Under the pieces are notes generated by a model that was not told the origin of the DNA, searched no databases, and worked only from the letters and a program-made list of their open reading frames with translations. Below are positions 23,588-40,497 of a DNA stretch of 64,000 bases, in pieces. The position numbers were made by a program, and so were the translations under genes. Numbering within the stretch: the stretch's first letter is position 1; each line of letters begins with the position of its first letter. The DNA is from Octopus vulgaris (lineage: Eukaryota), in NCBI GenBank assembly GCA_951406725.2, contig OX597814.1, forward strand, positions 199,826,001-199,890,000, given 5' to 3'.

Positions 23588-23945
23588 CAAATAAGAAAAT
23601 GGAGAACAATAGGTGGTTCATCAACTTTTGGACATTAAAATGTTAACTTATTTATTTATTAAACTGATAATTATAATAACATACATATATATAGCATATT
23701 ATATTATTCTTTGCATATAAGATATAAAATATAATAATATATAAGGATGTATGTATGTATGTGTGTGTAAATGTTTGTCCCCCAACATCACTCGACAACC
23801 GATGTTGGTGTGTTTACGTCCCCAAAACTTAGCAGTTTGGCAAAAAAGACCGGTAGAATGAGTACTAGGCTTACAAATAATAAGTCCTGCGGTCGATTTG
23901 CTCATACATGGCTGCAGTCAAATGACTGAAACAAGTAAAAGAACT
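23341..23945 (+). mobile_element. Family B SINE with expanded, insert-containing internal microsatellite
   Basis: Head 23341-23490, tail 23750-23945. Confidence 0.8.
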
Positions 23946-25546
23946 AAAAGAGAGCCTACATGCTGTCTGAGGGAGAATGAACAACAGTTTCATCTCAATA
24001 AAAATTAGAATTCACCCCCTCCACACTGATATTAAATAATGTGTCTAAGATGTGGAATGAAGAATTTTAACCATGTTATATTTTTGTTGGATATGGAAGA
24101 TGAATATTCTAATAACACCAGAAGTAAAGCATTTTCTATCAAGCCTGAAACTTTCAGTAAATTGTATGAAAACTACTTAATGAAAGGGTACCAAGAAGAA
24201 GGCCTAATAGTTGGGTACTTGTACAATATAATGGGCAGAAGACTGCTCATGTATATATTCAAAGAGACTATGGATGGCAATATTGACATTGCAAACTGGC
24301 TTGCTTATAGCACAACCTATAATTAGTATATCCACTTGGCAGAAAATCATAAATTGACTGTTGCTTAAATATTATGAACAACTTCTAGAGAAGTTGGTTA
24401 AACTAATTCTTCTAAAATTATTGTGAGACTAACAAGGCAGTAACTGATAGGCTGGCTGGTTGAAACAGGTGTGTGATTATATGATGTAAAACTCACAATT
24501 TATACAAATGTACTCTGAAATTTTTTAAAACTGCTGAAACATTGTGAAACGGTGGTTTGAATACAAAAATGTGTTTTAAACTTTATGCCTCACTCAGAGC
24601 TATTACTTTTGACCAAAGTCTTCCCCAGAACACCAACCCATTGGAATTTTCTCTCAGCACATTTTTTCTGCAGTTATCATCTTAAAATTACTCTGAGAAA
24701 GTCTAATGAGAAACATCTCACTAGACTTGCAGGCTCAGCAAAGGTCATGGGAATAGCAGCCTCCTCCAAACTATTCCAATAATAAAAATGTAAAAAATAC
24801 CGATTTCTTCAATTGAAAGGCTCACAGAGATCTCCTAAACTAATGATGATAGGATGGATTTCAGCCTGAAGAAATCATCATCCTTGAATGTTCCTGATCC
24901 ATGCTGACATGGGTTGAATTCTTTGACAGTATCCAATGGGCCCAAAGTCTACTTTGACATGGTTTTTATGGATGAATGCCCTTCCCATCACTACCATTTT
25001 ACAAAGTGTATTGGATGCCTTTTATCATGGAACCAGCATGTGAGTGGTTATTGTTCTCAAAAAAGAAAAGGTATTTCCTCAACCCTACATCATTTTAACT
25101 CATTCACCAACCCCTTTCCAAAGTGAACTGGATGTGGATTTGTCATGTACCCCGTAAGATTAAGTCCCCACCACTCCAACTGTTCATTCATTCAAGGCAA
25201 TGTGATAGAGAAGGAAGGTGGAATATAAGCAAGAGCAATGACCAATGAAAAACTAGAATGAGTGCATGAAGGGAGCAAGAAAATGATGGTAGAAGGGCCA
25301 AGAAACTGAGGGATAATAATGGATGTGGACTGTAGTAGGTGTTAAAAATGGGTAGCCTAGGAGAGAAAGGGTGAGAATGCTTTGGGTATATGCAGGACTG
25401 ATGCAATCCCTAATGTGGTGTGTAAAGAGAAACAAATGTTTGTCATGTTGTCTAAGTCTAGCCTAAATTTAATAATTCTGTCATTCATTCAGACTTTCTT
25501 AGTTTCATTATCGATTTTTCTGCTATCAATACGTCTACTTCACTTA

Positions 25547-25764
25547 GGTGGTGAGCTGGCAGAATTGTTAACATACTGGACAGAATGTTTAGCAGCATTT
25601 CATCTATCTTTGCATTCTGAGTTCAAATCCTACCAAGGTTGACTTTGCCTTTCATCCTTTCAGGGCTGATAAAATAAGTACCAGTTAAGCACTGGGGTTG
25701 ATGTAATTGACTTGCCCTCTCAAATCAAGGTTTCTGGCCTTGCACCAAAATTTGAAACCAATGT
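25547..25764 (+). mobile_element. Family A SINE with 15-bp TSD
   Basis: GTCTACTTCACTTAG at 25533-25547 and 25765-25779. Confidence 0.87.
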
Positions 25765-26583
25765 GTCTACTTCACTTAGCTCATCTCTGTACTCATCTGG
25801 AAGAATTCATATCCTTGTCCCTTTGCCTCTGAGGAGCCTGATGGATGTTCCTTTCTATCTCACTTTTTGCACATAACACACATTTATTTGCCTTCAGTCC
25901 AGCATCTCTACAATCTCACCTTTCATTGTGCCAATGCTGTTAGTAGCTGCCTTAAAGATGTAGACCTGGTAGGAGAAGAAAGAGTCATTATAATATTGGT
26001 TCCTGTGATTGGCCCTTGCTTTTTGTACCTGAAAGGAATATGAAAAATGTGTAGTCACTTAATAACAGTTGGTGAAGTTTTCACATGTTGTGATATGCTT
26101 CTACCATTAATTGATTTTCTAATATTTCTCCCATCATAACAAATCACAACAAGCAATCCTAATTATTATTATTACAATTATTGAACAAGGTGCGTGGTAG
26201 TTCTAGTTACCTGCTATAGTTTAATATCTGGTAAATGTCATAGGGGAAGTTCGTTGTTAGCATTGACATTTACTCATATGACATGTATATCTGTGGCAGC
26301 AGTATGTATAGGTCAAGACTGCATTAAATGAAGGAGCCTTGTAAGCAAAATAAATAATTTGTGAGTGTATGAAAAAGTAGGATTTTGTAGTAAAGGAATA
26401 TACTGTTTATCATGCTATCATCCAACTTCAATCTGTCAGCAGAACAGTGAACATATGTGAAACTTTTCTAAAGTTTAGCATATAGTTATACTGTTACATA
26501 TCTAAATTTCAATGTTAGAACATAGAAGCTTGTTATTTAAAAACTTACCTTTTCTTTATAGGAGGTATTTCAAATAATTTTAC

Positions 26584-26970
26584 AAGTGACTGTGTGGTAA
26601 GTAGCTTGCTTACGAACCATATAGTTCCGGGTTCAGTCCCACTGCGTGGCACCTTGGGCAAGTGACTTCTGCTATAGCCTCGGGCCGACCAAACCCTTGT
26701 GAGTGGATTTGGTAGACAGAAACTTAAAAAGAAGCCCGTCATATATATATATATATGTGTGTGTGTGTATGTCTGTGTTTGCCCCCCCCCCCCAACATCA
26801 CTTGACAACCAATGCTGGTATGTTTACGTCCCCATAACTTAACGGTTCGGCAAAAGAGACCGATAGAATAAGTACTAGGCTTACAAAGAATAAGTCCTGG
26901 AGTCAATTTGCTCGACTAAAGGTGGTGCTCCAGCATGGCCACAGTCAAATCACTGAAACAAGTAAGAGAG
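26584..26970 (+). mobile_element. Family B SINE, intact
   Basis: Complete head, internal microsatellite and tail. Confidence 0.88.
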
Positions 26971-27160
26971 AATACCTACACACACATACACACACACACA
27001 CACTCATACACACACACACACACAATTTCCTACAGTTATCTGTGTTTAAGGTGATATTTATGGCTTTCCTCTTCTAGCATGACTTGAATGAGTCAGGAGC
27101 AAGTATTTAAAAAAAACTTAATGTCTCTTTTTTGTTGTTAAACTCAGAACAATGAAATAG

Positions 27161-27167
<7 letters not shown>

Positions 27168-27212
<45 letters not shown>

Positions 27213-27219
27213 TATATAT

Positions 27220-27251
<32 letters not shown>

Positions 27252-27301
27252 ACATATGTATACACATACATATATATATATATATACATACATACACATA
27301 C

Positions 27302-27348
<47 letters not shown>

Positions 27349-27433
27349 TATATATATATACATACATATATATATATATACATACATATATATATATATA
27401 CATACATACATATATATATGTATATATATACCT

Positions 27434-27468
<35 letters not shown>

Positions 27469-27551
27469 CATACACACACACATATATATATATATATATA
27501 CCTACACACATATATATATATATACATACACACATATATATATATATACCT

Positions 27552-27587
<36 letters not shown>
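27168..27587. repeat. Compound (TA)n/(CA)n microsatellite
   Basis: Directly visible. Confidence 0.96.
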
Positions 27588-28664
27588 CTTTGGTGAGATT
27601 TGTTTAAAGGAAACGACAGTTGCTTTTACCTTCCATTAGGTTTTTATAGAGACAGGGTATAAATGGAATGAATGGCTGGAACTAATGGCCTTTTACATTT
27701 CTTCTGGTTCCTGTAATAAACCAACAACTAATCGGTGGTTACACGCAATAGAACCTTCACTATGTCAACCATTAATGGTTTGACTTCACTCAACCCTCCA
27801 AATTTTCAGCTCTGCTTCTCTGCCCCGCATCAATAAAACTGGTCAATAAACTGTTAGTATTCATTTGCTTTTGTCAATTGCCAGGAGTTTTGTAGTTTTT
27901 ATTTAACAATTTGTGTTCAATACGAATTAGTGTTAATCAGAATTGTATCACCGTTTGGTGTGATGATTAAGATTAAAACTATTGTGTTTATATTGACGAA
28001 ATAACTACTTTTACAACATTAGTGACAGAAAATTTCCTTTTTCTAGAAGGAAAAATGAAACGTTGCATAACAGCTGTGAAAAACATTGTCAAAAGAATTA
28101 TGGAATTTTACATTAGTTTATCGATTTCATATTTATATTTCAGCTTACTGACCTACATGAAGTGTGATAAATTATTTGTAGACCAACTACTGTTGCATGG
28201 ATTAATTCTTGTTTGATTAAGATGACACAGATGACTGAAAGAATAGGAGATCTAAAAAGTTTAGAGAACATTAAAGTAAGACGTTATATGTGATGTTCTG
28301 TTTTGTAAATGAATTAGTGCGTATTATGATATAATTTATATTGAACACAAATCTGTAGATGCAAAAGATTAATTATAAATATTTATGAGGAGAAGATTAC
28401 TTTCTACATAAGACTGTAGTATACTTCCAAGATAAAGCAAGTACTAATATGCATGTCATTTGTTATGGCTCTGTTATCGCAGGGTGGATCAATGATTGCT
28501 GATATCAGATAACGAAGATGGGCATCAAGCTTATTATCTGAGGAAGAGTAGATCTAATTAAAAAAATTTATTTGGAATTATGGTTTAGTAAGTATTAAGT
28601 TTAGATGTGAAAAATGAAATCTATGAATCTATGAATAAATCCAAGTTCCAAATGTAATTATTTC

Positions 28665-29080
28665 ACTCTCTTTGACTCTTTTACCTGTTTCCGTCATTTG
28701 ACTGCGGCCATGCTGGAGCACCTCCTTTAGTCGAGCAAATCGACCCCAGGACTTGTTCTTTGTAAGCCTAGTACTTATCCTATCGGTCTCTTTTGCCGAA
28801 CTGCTGAGTTACGGGGACATAAACACAACAGCATCAGTTATCAAGAGATGTTGGGGGGACAAACACAGAAACACAAACATACACACACATATATACATAA
28901 ATAATATATATACATATATACGATGGGCTTCTTTCAGTTTCAGTCTACCAAATCCACTCACAAGCCTTTGGTCGGCCCGAGGCTATAGTACAAAACACTT
29001 GCCCAAGGTGCCACGCAGTGGGACTGAACCCAGAACCATGTGGTTGATAAGCAAGTTACTTACCACACAGCCACTCCTAC
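28665..29080 (-). mobile_element. Family B SINE, intact
   Basis: Reverse complement of family B. Confidence 0.88.
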
Positions 29081-29599
29081 GCCTACTCTAAAAAAGAAAA
29101 AATATTCACTGACAATAACTAAAATACTTTAAAAAAACTTTATCATGTCTAAGATGGTAAAGTTGTTTAACCACAGGTCAGGCTTGCTTAGACCTGGGGT
29201 CCTCAAAAGACAAGAATTCTAAAAATATCTCAATTTTCTGTTTCTTTTTTATGCTGAAGCTTCAGTGTGGGGGGCCCTACTCCATTTAGTCTTGAGACAT
29301 TATGGAATCTCTTCAGACTTGCAATTTCATTCTTCATGTCTATCAAACTGAAAGCACATTTAGCAACTTTATTGTATATGATATGAATTTGTTGCTTTGT
29401 AGCCCAAGGTCAGCTCTGATTAAGGATACTTATGATCAAAAATGTTCCACCGGCCACAAGCACCCTGCACTTCTCTCTCAGGCATTCCATAATTAGAACA
29501 ATATAATTATTATAATTTATTGATGTTTTCCACCTACAGACTAGAGCACCCAGGCCAAAGACGCATTAATTTCATAAACAACTCATTTTTTCATTAATT

Positions 29600-29822
29600 A
29601 CATATCTTTTATTTGTTTCAACCATCAGATGGTGACCATGCTGGGGCACCACCTTCAAGAAATTTTAGGCGAATCAATCAACCCCAGTACATTTTTTTTA
29701 AAACCTGGTACTTTTTCTATCAGTTTCTTTTGGAAATGGGAACATAAACAAACCAACACCAGTCGTCATGTGGTGGTGGTAGTGTGTGTGTGTTTGTGTC
29801 TTTACCACTATGTGGCCTGTCA

Positions 29823-29867
<45 letters not shown>

Positions 29868-30062
29868 ATCATCATATATACACACACACACACACACACA
29901 ATGAGCTTCTTTCAGTTTTTGTCCACCAAATCCACACACAAGGCTTTGGTCAGCTTGTGGCTGTAGTAGGAGATGCTTGTCCAAGGTGCTATGCAGTGGA
30001 ACTGAACCTGAAATCATGAGATTGAAAAGCAAACTCCTTACCACACAACCATCCCTGCACCT
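29600..30062 (-). mobile_element. Family B SINE, diverged
   Basis: Reverse complement of family B with many substitutions. Confidence 0.7.
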
Positions 30063-30396
30063 ATGCTGGTGAAGAAAATTTTACCTGTGAATTGGATGGC
30101 ATCTTCTAGCACAAAGTCCAGAATATCTGAGTGAAGGACAGCTGCACTTTCTGTAATATGGAGATAGTACTCTAATACTGAGCGTATTTACACTTTGTAT
30201 AGGCTTAACAACTGCTTACTACTGACGTATTTTCAAACCTTTTAGAAAATAAAAACTGTCTTTGGCTTAGAGCTTGAGTATTTTATACAGATATGCAATC
30301 ATCATGAGAGGGTATCACTCATTGTGACGTTGGGCCTTTGTAGTGTGTGAATACTTTAACAGTTCATATGTAGAGACCATTATCGTCATCATTTAA

Positions 30397-30616
30397 CCCT
30401 TTAATGTTCAGATTAATCTGTTAAATGTAATACTTTTTTCACTCAAATTGTTTTGAATTAATCATACATTATATTCAGCTTTGAAGTTTCAATGGTGTGA
30501 TAGTTTATTCTTAGAATGTCAATGTAGGTTAGGTGTGAGAGGCTAGATATGGCCAGTTTGAATGTAAAACATGTAAGATATTTGGGCCGGATATGGCTGG
30601 CTTAAACACCAAAGAG
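30397..30616. mobile_element. piggyBac-type MITE nested in the tail of a family C copy (-, 30384-30795)
   Basis: TTAA at 30393-30396 and 30617-30620; TIRs CCCTTTAATGTT / AACACCAAAGAG. Confidence 0.72.
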
Positions 30617-31294
30617 TTAATGTTTGTTTTCCATGCTGGCATGGACTGAACAGTATGACAGGAGCTGGCCAGCCAGAGAACTGCACCAGGCACTCCAATT
30701 GCCTGTTTTGGGAAGGTTTCTATGGCTGGATGCCCTTCCTAATGCCTACCACTTTACAGTGTGTAGTGGGAGCTTTTTTAATGTGGCACTGGCATATAGA
30801 AAGAAAGAGAGAGGGAAAAATATCATGGGTTTGGCTCTAATCATGCAAATTTTTTTGTGGAAATGTGCTTCTTTGATATGCTATGAGTGTGTCTTGGGGC
30901 AAATGAATTTCATGTTCTCATTGGAAGATGTTTATGAAGTCTTTGTTGAGAGAGTGGCTATGCATGTCTGGCAGCAGTTGTCTGTGCTGCATATGGATAA
31001 TGACTTTTGTGAAACAAGATAAAGAACATTTAAGAGCAGTATTGTCTACTTATGTACTTGTTAGATGCAATATGAAATGGGTTTTAGATGTACCAAAGGA
31101 AGAGTGTTAGAGATATATCGAAGTATCTGAGTAATAACAATATGGAACACAAGGAATGTTCCTAAAGACACACTGATATGAAAGTTTTATACAAGAAATG
31201 AGGAGGAGATATAGTCTAGAATCAGGTAACTTTAAGAATTCTGTGATACTACCTTTAGTATGAGAACTTCAAAGTTGTTCAAATATGGTTTCTA

Positions 31295-31705
31295 TACTCT
31301 TTTACTCTTTCACTTGTTTCAGTCATTTGACTGCGGCCATGCTGGAGCACCACCTTTAGTCGAGCAAATCGACCCCCAGGACTTTATTCTTTGTAAGCCT
31401 AGTACTTATTCTATCTCTTCTCTTCTGGAAACTACTAAGTTACGGGGATCTAAACACATCAGCATCGGTTGTCAAGCGATGTTGGAGGACAAACAAAGAC
31501 ACACAAACACATATATATATATATGTACATATATACGACAGGCTTCTTTTAGTTTCTGTCTATTAAATCCACTCACGAGGCTTTGGTCGGCCTGTGGCTA
31601 TAGTAGAAGACACTTGTCCAAGGTGTCACGCAGTGGGAATGAATGAACCCAGAACCATGTGGTTGGTAAGCAAGCTACTTCTTACCACACAGCCACTCCT
31701 GTGCC
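31295..31705 (-). mobile_element. Family B SINE
   Basis: Reverse complement of family B. Confidence 0.86.
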
Positions 31706-32718
31706 TATATCTATAACATTCTGTTAAATTATGTACAAAAGTGATGAAGATAGCATAAATAGGTCAGGATCAGTAGTAAATAATGAAGAATTTAGAGTAA
31801 AATAAAGAGTCAACTTTATCTCCTTTTCTTTTCTGTGCATTCTAGTGTTTGACATAAAGTTCAAAACTGGGTCTTTCTATATGCCAATAACCTGTCTGCA
31901 CTGTAGAATATGCTGAGGAATTGCAGGGGTTCTTAACATAAGCTTTGTTCAAAAAGATGTGAATTTATATTTTAAAAGGAGAAATAGAGGATGAAAAAAA
32001 AAAAAACCACAGTGGCATATGAAAAGTAGATTGATCAATAAGCAGGAAATCCATAATATGTTGTCAAGGCAAATAATGGCAACTCAAAAAGATACAGCAG
32101 GATATCTGGGAGACTGGAAAATAGAAATTTAGGTATGCCAGATGCATCGGAGTAGTTAAAAGCATGAATAGCCATGCACTGAAGACTATAGTATGCTAAT
32201 AAAGCTAACATGAAATAGTAATTTTTGAAGTAAATTACGTTACTAATATGATATAACCAATGACAGAAAAGAGCGATTTATAGCATGGCTGCCATGATTT
32301 TTCTGTGAACTCTTCCTTTCATTTGCATCAAAGAAATTATCTTTACATAAAGGAGGTAGGTTGTATGTAGTATTTGTTAATAGTGGACATTAAAACATGG
32401 ACAGTGAATGTAGAGAATCAGTAGCTATCGGGAAATAAATGATGTGCAGTTTTATAATGCAAGAAAATGTGAGCATAATTCAATTGAAAAAGCGACTTGC
32501 ATTTAATATTGGGTGATATGGACACTGATATGATAGTCTAATGGGAAGAAGTATAGATACAGTCTGGGAAAAAAATGTTGGAAAATGGAAAGCATGCAAA
32601 GAAGGAAAATTTAGGAAGCTAACTTTTACTTGGAAGTAACTAAGAACACATGATTTCATAAATAAGAACTGTAGGACTAAACTGCAATATTGTAGGTTTA
32701 ATACTGAGAGCCATTACA

Positions 32719-32955
32719 TAGCAGGTCCAATCTGAATCCATATTGAGAAAAGCATGTTGAAATAGTAATAATAATAATAATCATAATGATAATAATAATA
32801 ACATTAATATTGTTATTGTTGATCGAAAATAGCAGCTCCAATCTGAATCCACATTGAGAAAAGTATGTTGAAATAGTAATTATAATAAATAATAATAATA
32901 ATAATAATAATAACAATAACAATAACATTAATATTGTTATCTTTGATCGAAAAAT
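32719..32955. repeat. Tandem duplication of ~115 bp containing (AAT)n
   Basis: AGCAG.TCCAATCTGAATCCA.ATTGAGAAAAG.ATGTTGAAATAG...TTGATCGAAAA occurs twice. Confidence 0.85.
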
Positions 32956-34626
32956 TTTATCTGGAAAATTATACATAACGACAAGGATTACTGTTCTTTA
33001 GGATTATATTATTATTTTGTTGGACTATTTAAATATGATATAAATGGAGATTTATGATAACCTTTAAGATATTAAGTCTTTCTTAAGAAATAATCACATC
33101 ATCTCTATTGTATAATCACATCATAACTAGGAATTGTATAGAATATTGTAACTTGACTTCTAGCTATCAAAATACAAGTTATATTGGACAATTTTTTTTC
33201 CTTCCTGCTATAGATTTTATAGATACAATTTCATTCTCAATCGTAATCTGCATCCTTTAATGATATGCGACGTCCTTTTTGTATGCTTACTTTTCTAATG
33301 ACTCAACAAACCGTTTTATTTGCTCTGTACTTGACATTTCAAAATAGATTAATAAATTATTTCCAGCCATAATCAGAAGCAAATAAGCCTCAAATATTTT
33401 GACATCTGTTATCAGATATATGTAAACTAGAATAGTCTTTTATTTACAGTATCATAATGGAATTGTCCACAAAATAAATCATTTCAAGATCATGTTCTTC
33501 AACATTTACATTTATTGTTCTATAAAAAAAAAAATACATTTCCCAGAGAGACATATTAAAAATCTTATCTTCTTTAAATCTATAGATTTATCTTAAGTTA
33601 GTTTTCATATTTCATTTACATTATATTATAATTACATTGTATATTAACAAGTATTTGAACTTCAAAGAAGAGCACTGTTGATGTTTGCTTGATAAAAGAC
33701 AAATACTGCAATGAAATAGTTTGCAAATAATAGTATATGTTATAATTCGATGCTTATTTACCAAAGAAAGCAGTATCCACTTATTTAATGCAAAAGTTAT
33801 CAAAGCCATTAACTGATAAAAATAAATCTAAAGGACTCAGAATACAACATATGTTGATAAAAAAAAAACATTGCAATGACTAAGATAGAATAAACTTAGA
33901 TTATTGAATCTATATGTAAAATTAATAATGATACTGAGGTTTTATGAGGTTTTCTTATCTGCTTTTAATACAAATATTCATGGAAAAACTTTTTTTGCAA
34001 TAATAGAATAGTTTCATTTTTCAGTAGTAGTATTTTTTTGTTAGATTGCCAAAAATATCAAATATATTTACTAAATTCTGTCTTTCCTTTATTAATATAG
34101 AGAAACAAATCTTCAGATAGCATGTTGTTTTTAATTACATCACTTTCTTCTCTGACAGATATTTCTCCATAAATTTTTAAGCTGTTATTTTACATTTCCA
34201 TTATTTACAATTACTGAATGACACTTCAAACCAGAACATCAAAGGATGGGAATTAGTATTTGACAAGAATATATGCAAATGATCAGTGATTCTTAATTTG
34301 CCACTGACCAAAGTATTGAACACTTAATGACCATGCTCATCTGCCAGTTAGTAGGCACTACAGAGTTAAGTATTAACAGCTCTGTATAATTGACATATGA
34401 TTTCCTGGATTGCAGTTCATATTTAAACTCCCCTGGTGAGAAAAAAATTCCCTTTTTTAAAAAGAGATATGTTAATCACTGGGTCAAAAAACTCCTACCA
34501 AAACAGGATATTTTCCGAAACAACCATTGTATATACATCACAAAATATTTTGAGAATGGAAAAGATGTAGAGTAAAAGCAGGGACTGACATCAGATTAAT
34601 GAAAACTGAAGGTTTGTTGATTATAT

Positions 34627-34803
34627 ACTCTTTTACTTGTTTCAGTCATTTGACTGTGGCCATGCTGGAGCACCGCCTTTAGTCAAGCAAATCGATCCCA
34701 GGACTTATTCTTTGGAAGCCTAGTACTTATTCTATTGGTCTCTTTTGCTGAACTGCTGAGTTACGGTGACATAAACACACCACAAACACAGAAACACAAA
34801 CAT

Positions 34804-34844
<41 letters not shown>

Positions 34845-34998
34845 CGACAGGCTTCTTTTCAGTTTCCATCTACCAATCCACTCACAAAGCTTTGGTTGGC
34901 CCAAGGCTATAGTAGAAGACACTTGCCCAAGGTGCCACACAGTGGGAATGAACCTGGAGCCATGTAGTTGGTAAGCAAGCTACTTACCATACAGCCAT
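34627..34998 (-). mobile_element. Family B SINE
   Basis: Reverse complement of family B. Confidence 0.85.
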
Positions 34999-35391
34999 GA
35001 ATAACTTTCTTACAGATGCAATCTAATCTGAAGATTTACTATTGTGGTCAAGAGCACAATATTGCATACAGAACATTATGACATGCTTAGAAATAAAATC
35101 ATGTCTTTCAAAACACAGCTTTGGCAATGTTAGCAATAAAAGCTTTGAGAGATATCACTACATATGTAGCATATATAGTAAGGTCACTCTTGTATTGTGA
35201 AATTATTTTAAGGTTTTAGATCACTACTAAAGGATCTGGTCAGAATTTTCACTCATAGACAAAACAGTTTCTTACATAAATATGGAATAAGAAGATTATG
35301 GAAGAGGTATGCTATAAATAGTTTCTTTACTAAATTCTATTTAAAAACAGTATAAAGTTGGATTTTACGACCACAAGAAACTTTTGTTCAA

Positions 35392-39146
<3,755 letters not shown>

Positions 39147-40039
39147 TAATTTCTGATCTTCTATACAGTCAATCAACTAGGAAGTTACATTGTATTAACT
39201 ATTAAAGCATTGACAAGTTGGTTCGGTAATGTTGATTCAATGGATGTAGAATCAATTTTAATCTTCATTGGAAATTTTACATTCTTTTATTCTTTGAATC
39301 AACGAATGAAGGAATAATGGATCATAATTGATAAATAAGAGAGAATTTACAATATAACATTTTAGTTGTTTCAATGCATTTTGTTCTTTTGCCTGACCTA
39401 CTTTTAAAATCTATAATCTAATTTTTGTATGATGTATAATTCAAAAATATAATGGAATTTCTTTGGAAATTTAAAGTACTATTTTAATATTTTATTTGCT
39501 GCGATTCTTTGAAAAAAAACTGCTTTTCGTTTATACAATGAAAAATACCTGTTCAAAGAGTTAATTATTTGAAAACATTATTCCTTCCAAATGTCTACAG
39601 ATTCGTTTATAATTTCGTTAGCTAACATCAAGTTTCAATTTTTCTTTAAGTTTTCACTTAATTTAATTATTAAGATACATTGTGTTTAATAAAACAAATG
39701 TTTCTCTCTTACAAAATAAGAATCATATTACTATAAATGATTTTGTTTGTATTTGTATAGATATGATATAGCAGTTGTATTACAAATGATATTATAAAGA
39801 AAACTATATAACTAATCTAGAGTTTGATGTCAGGTTTGGCGAATGGATTCTGTGGTACAGTAATATTTCAAAATATATATTTTCATGTTCATCTCCCAAG
39901 AAGAAAATCAAAATTTGCTGCTAACTCAAATATATAATAATGTTAATGGATATAGAAGTGGATTGATAAATAAATAATTTTTCTTTAATTTATGAAGACC
40001 CGACAAATAACGTGAGTTCATGGCTGTTTCCTGCACCAG

Positions 40040-40497
40040 TTTCACATAGAAGCCCCAGCCCATCCAAAGTGCCTGGATTGCAGGATGGCCTGCTGTGCTT
40101 ACCTTGGATTGTAAGGTAACTTTCTGTGCTTGAGGAGACCTACTGAGTCAAGTACATCAACATCAAAAAATCAAATGGAAATTGTAGTTGTGATACCTGT
40201 GCCGGTGGCACGTAAAAAGAACCATCCGAACGTGGCCGATGCCAGCAGCGCCTTGACTGGCTTCCTTGCCAGTGGCATGTAAAAAGCACCAACCGACTGT
40301 AGCTGTTGCCAGCCTCCCCTGGCACCTGTGCTGGTGGCACGTAAAAATCACCCACTACACTCGTGGAGTGGTTGGTGTTAGGAAAGGCATCCAGCTGTAG
40401 AAACACCGCCAGATCAGACTGGAGCCTGGTGCAGCCTCCTCGCTTCCCAGACCCTGGTTGAACCGTCCAACCCATGCCAGCATGGAAAACGGACATT
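40040..40497 (+). mobile_element. Family C element with extended 5' part
   Basis: Matches 130-482; upstream CTTGAGGAGACCTACTGAGTCAAG resembles CTTGTGAAGACCTGTTGAGGCAAG of the tandem array. Confidence 0.8.

Noticed and set aside
24039-24326. 95-aa ORF in unique sequence
   Set aside because: No recognisable motif or convincing splice signals; length is within chance expectation.
32280-32640. Faint RTE-like coding remnant
   Set aside because: Too decayed to give more than scattered motif fragments.
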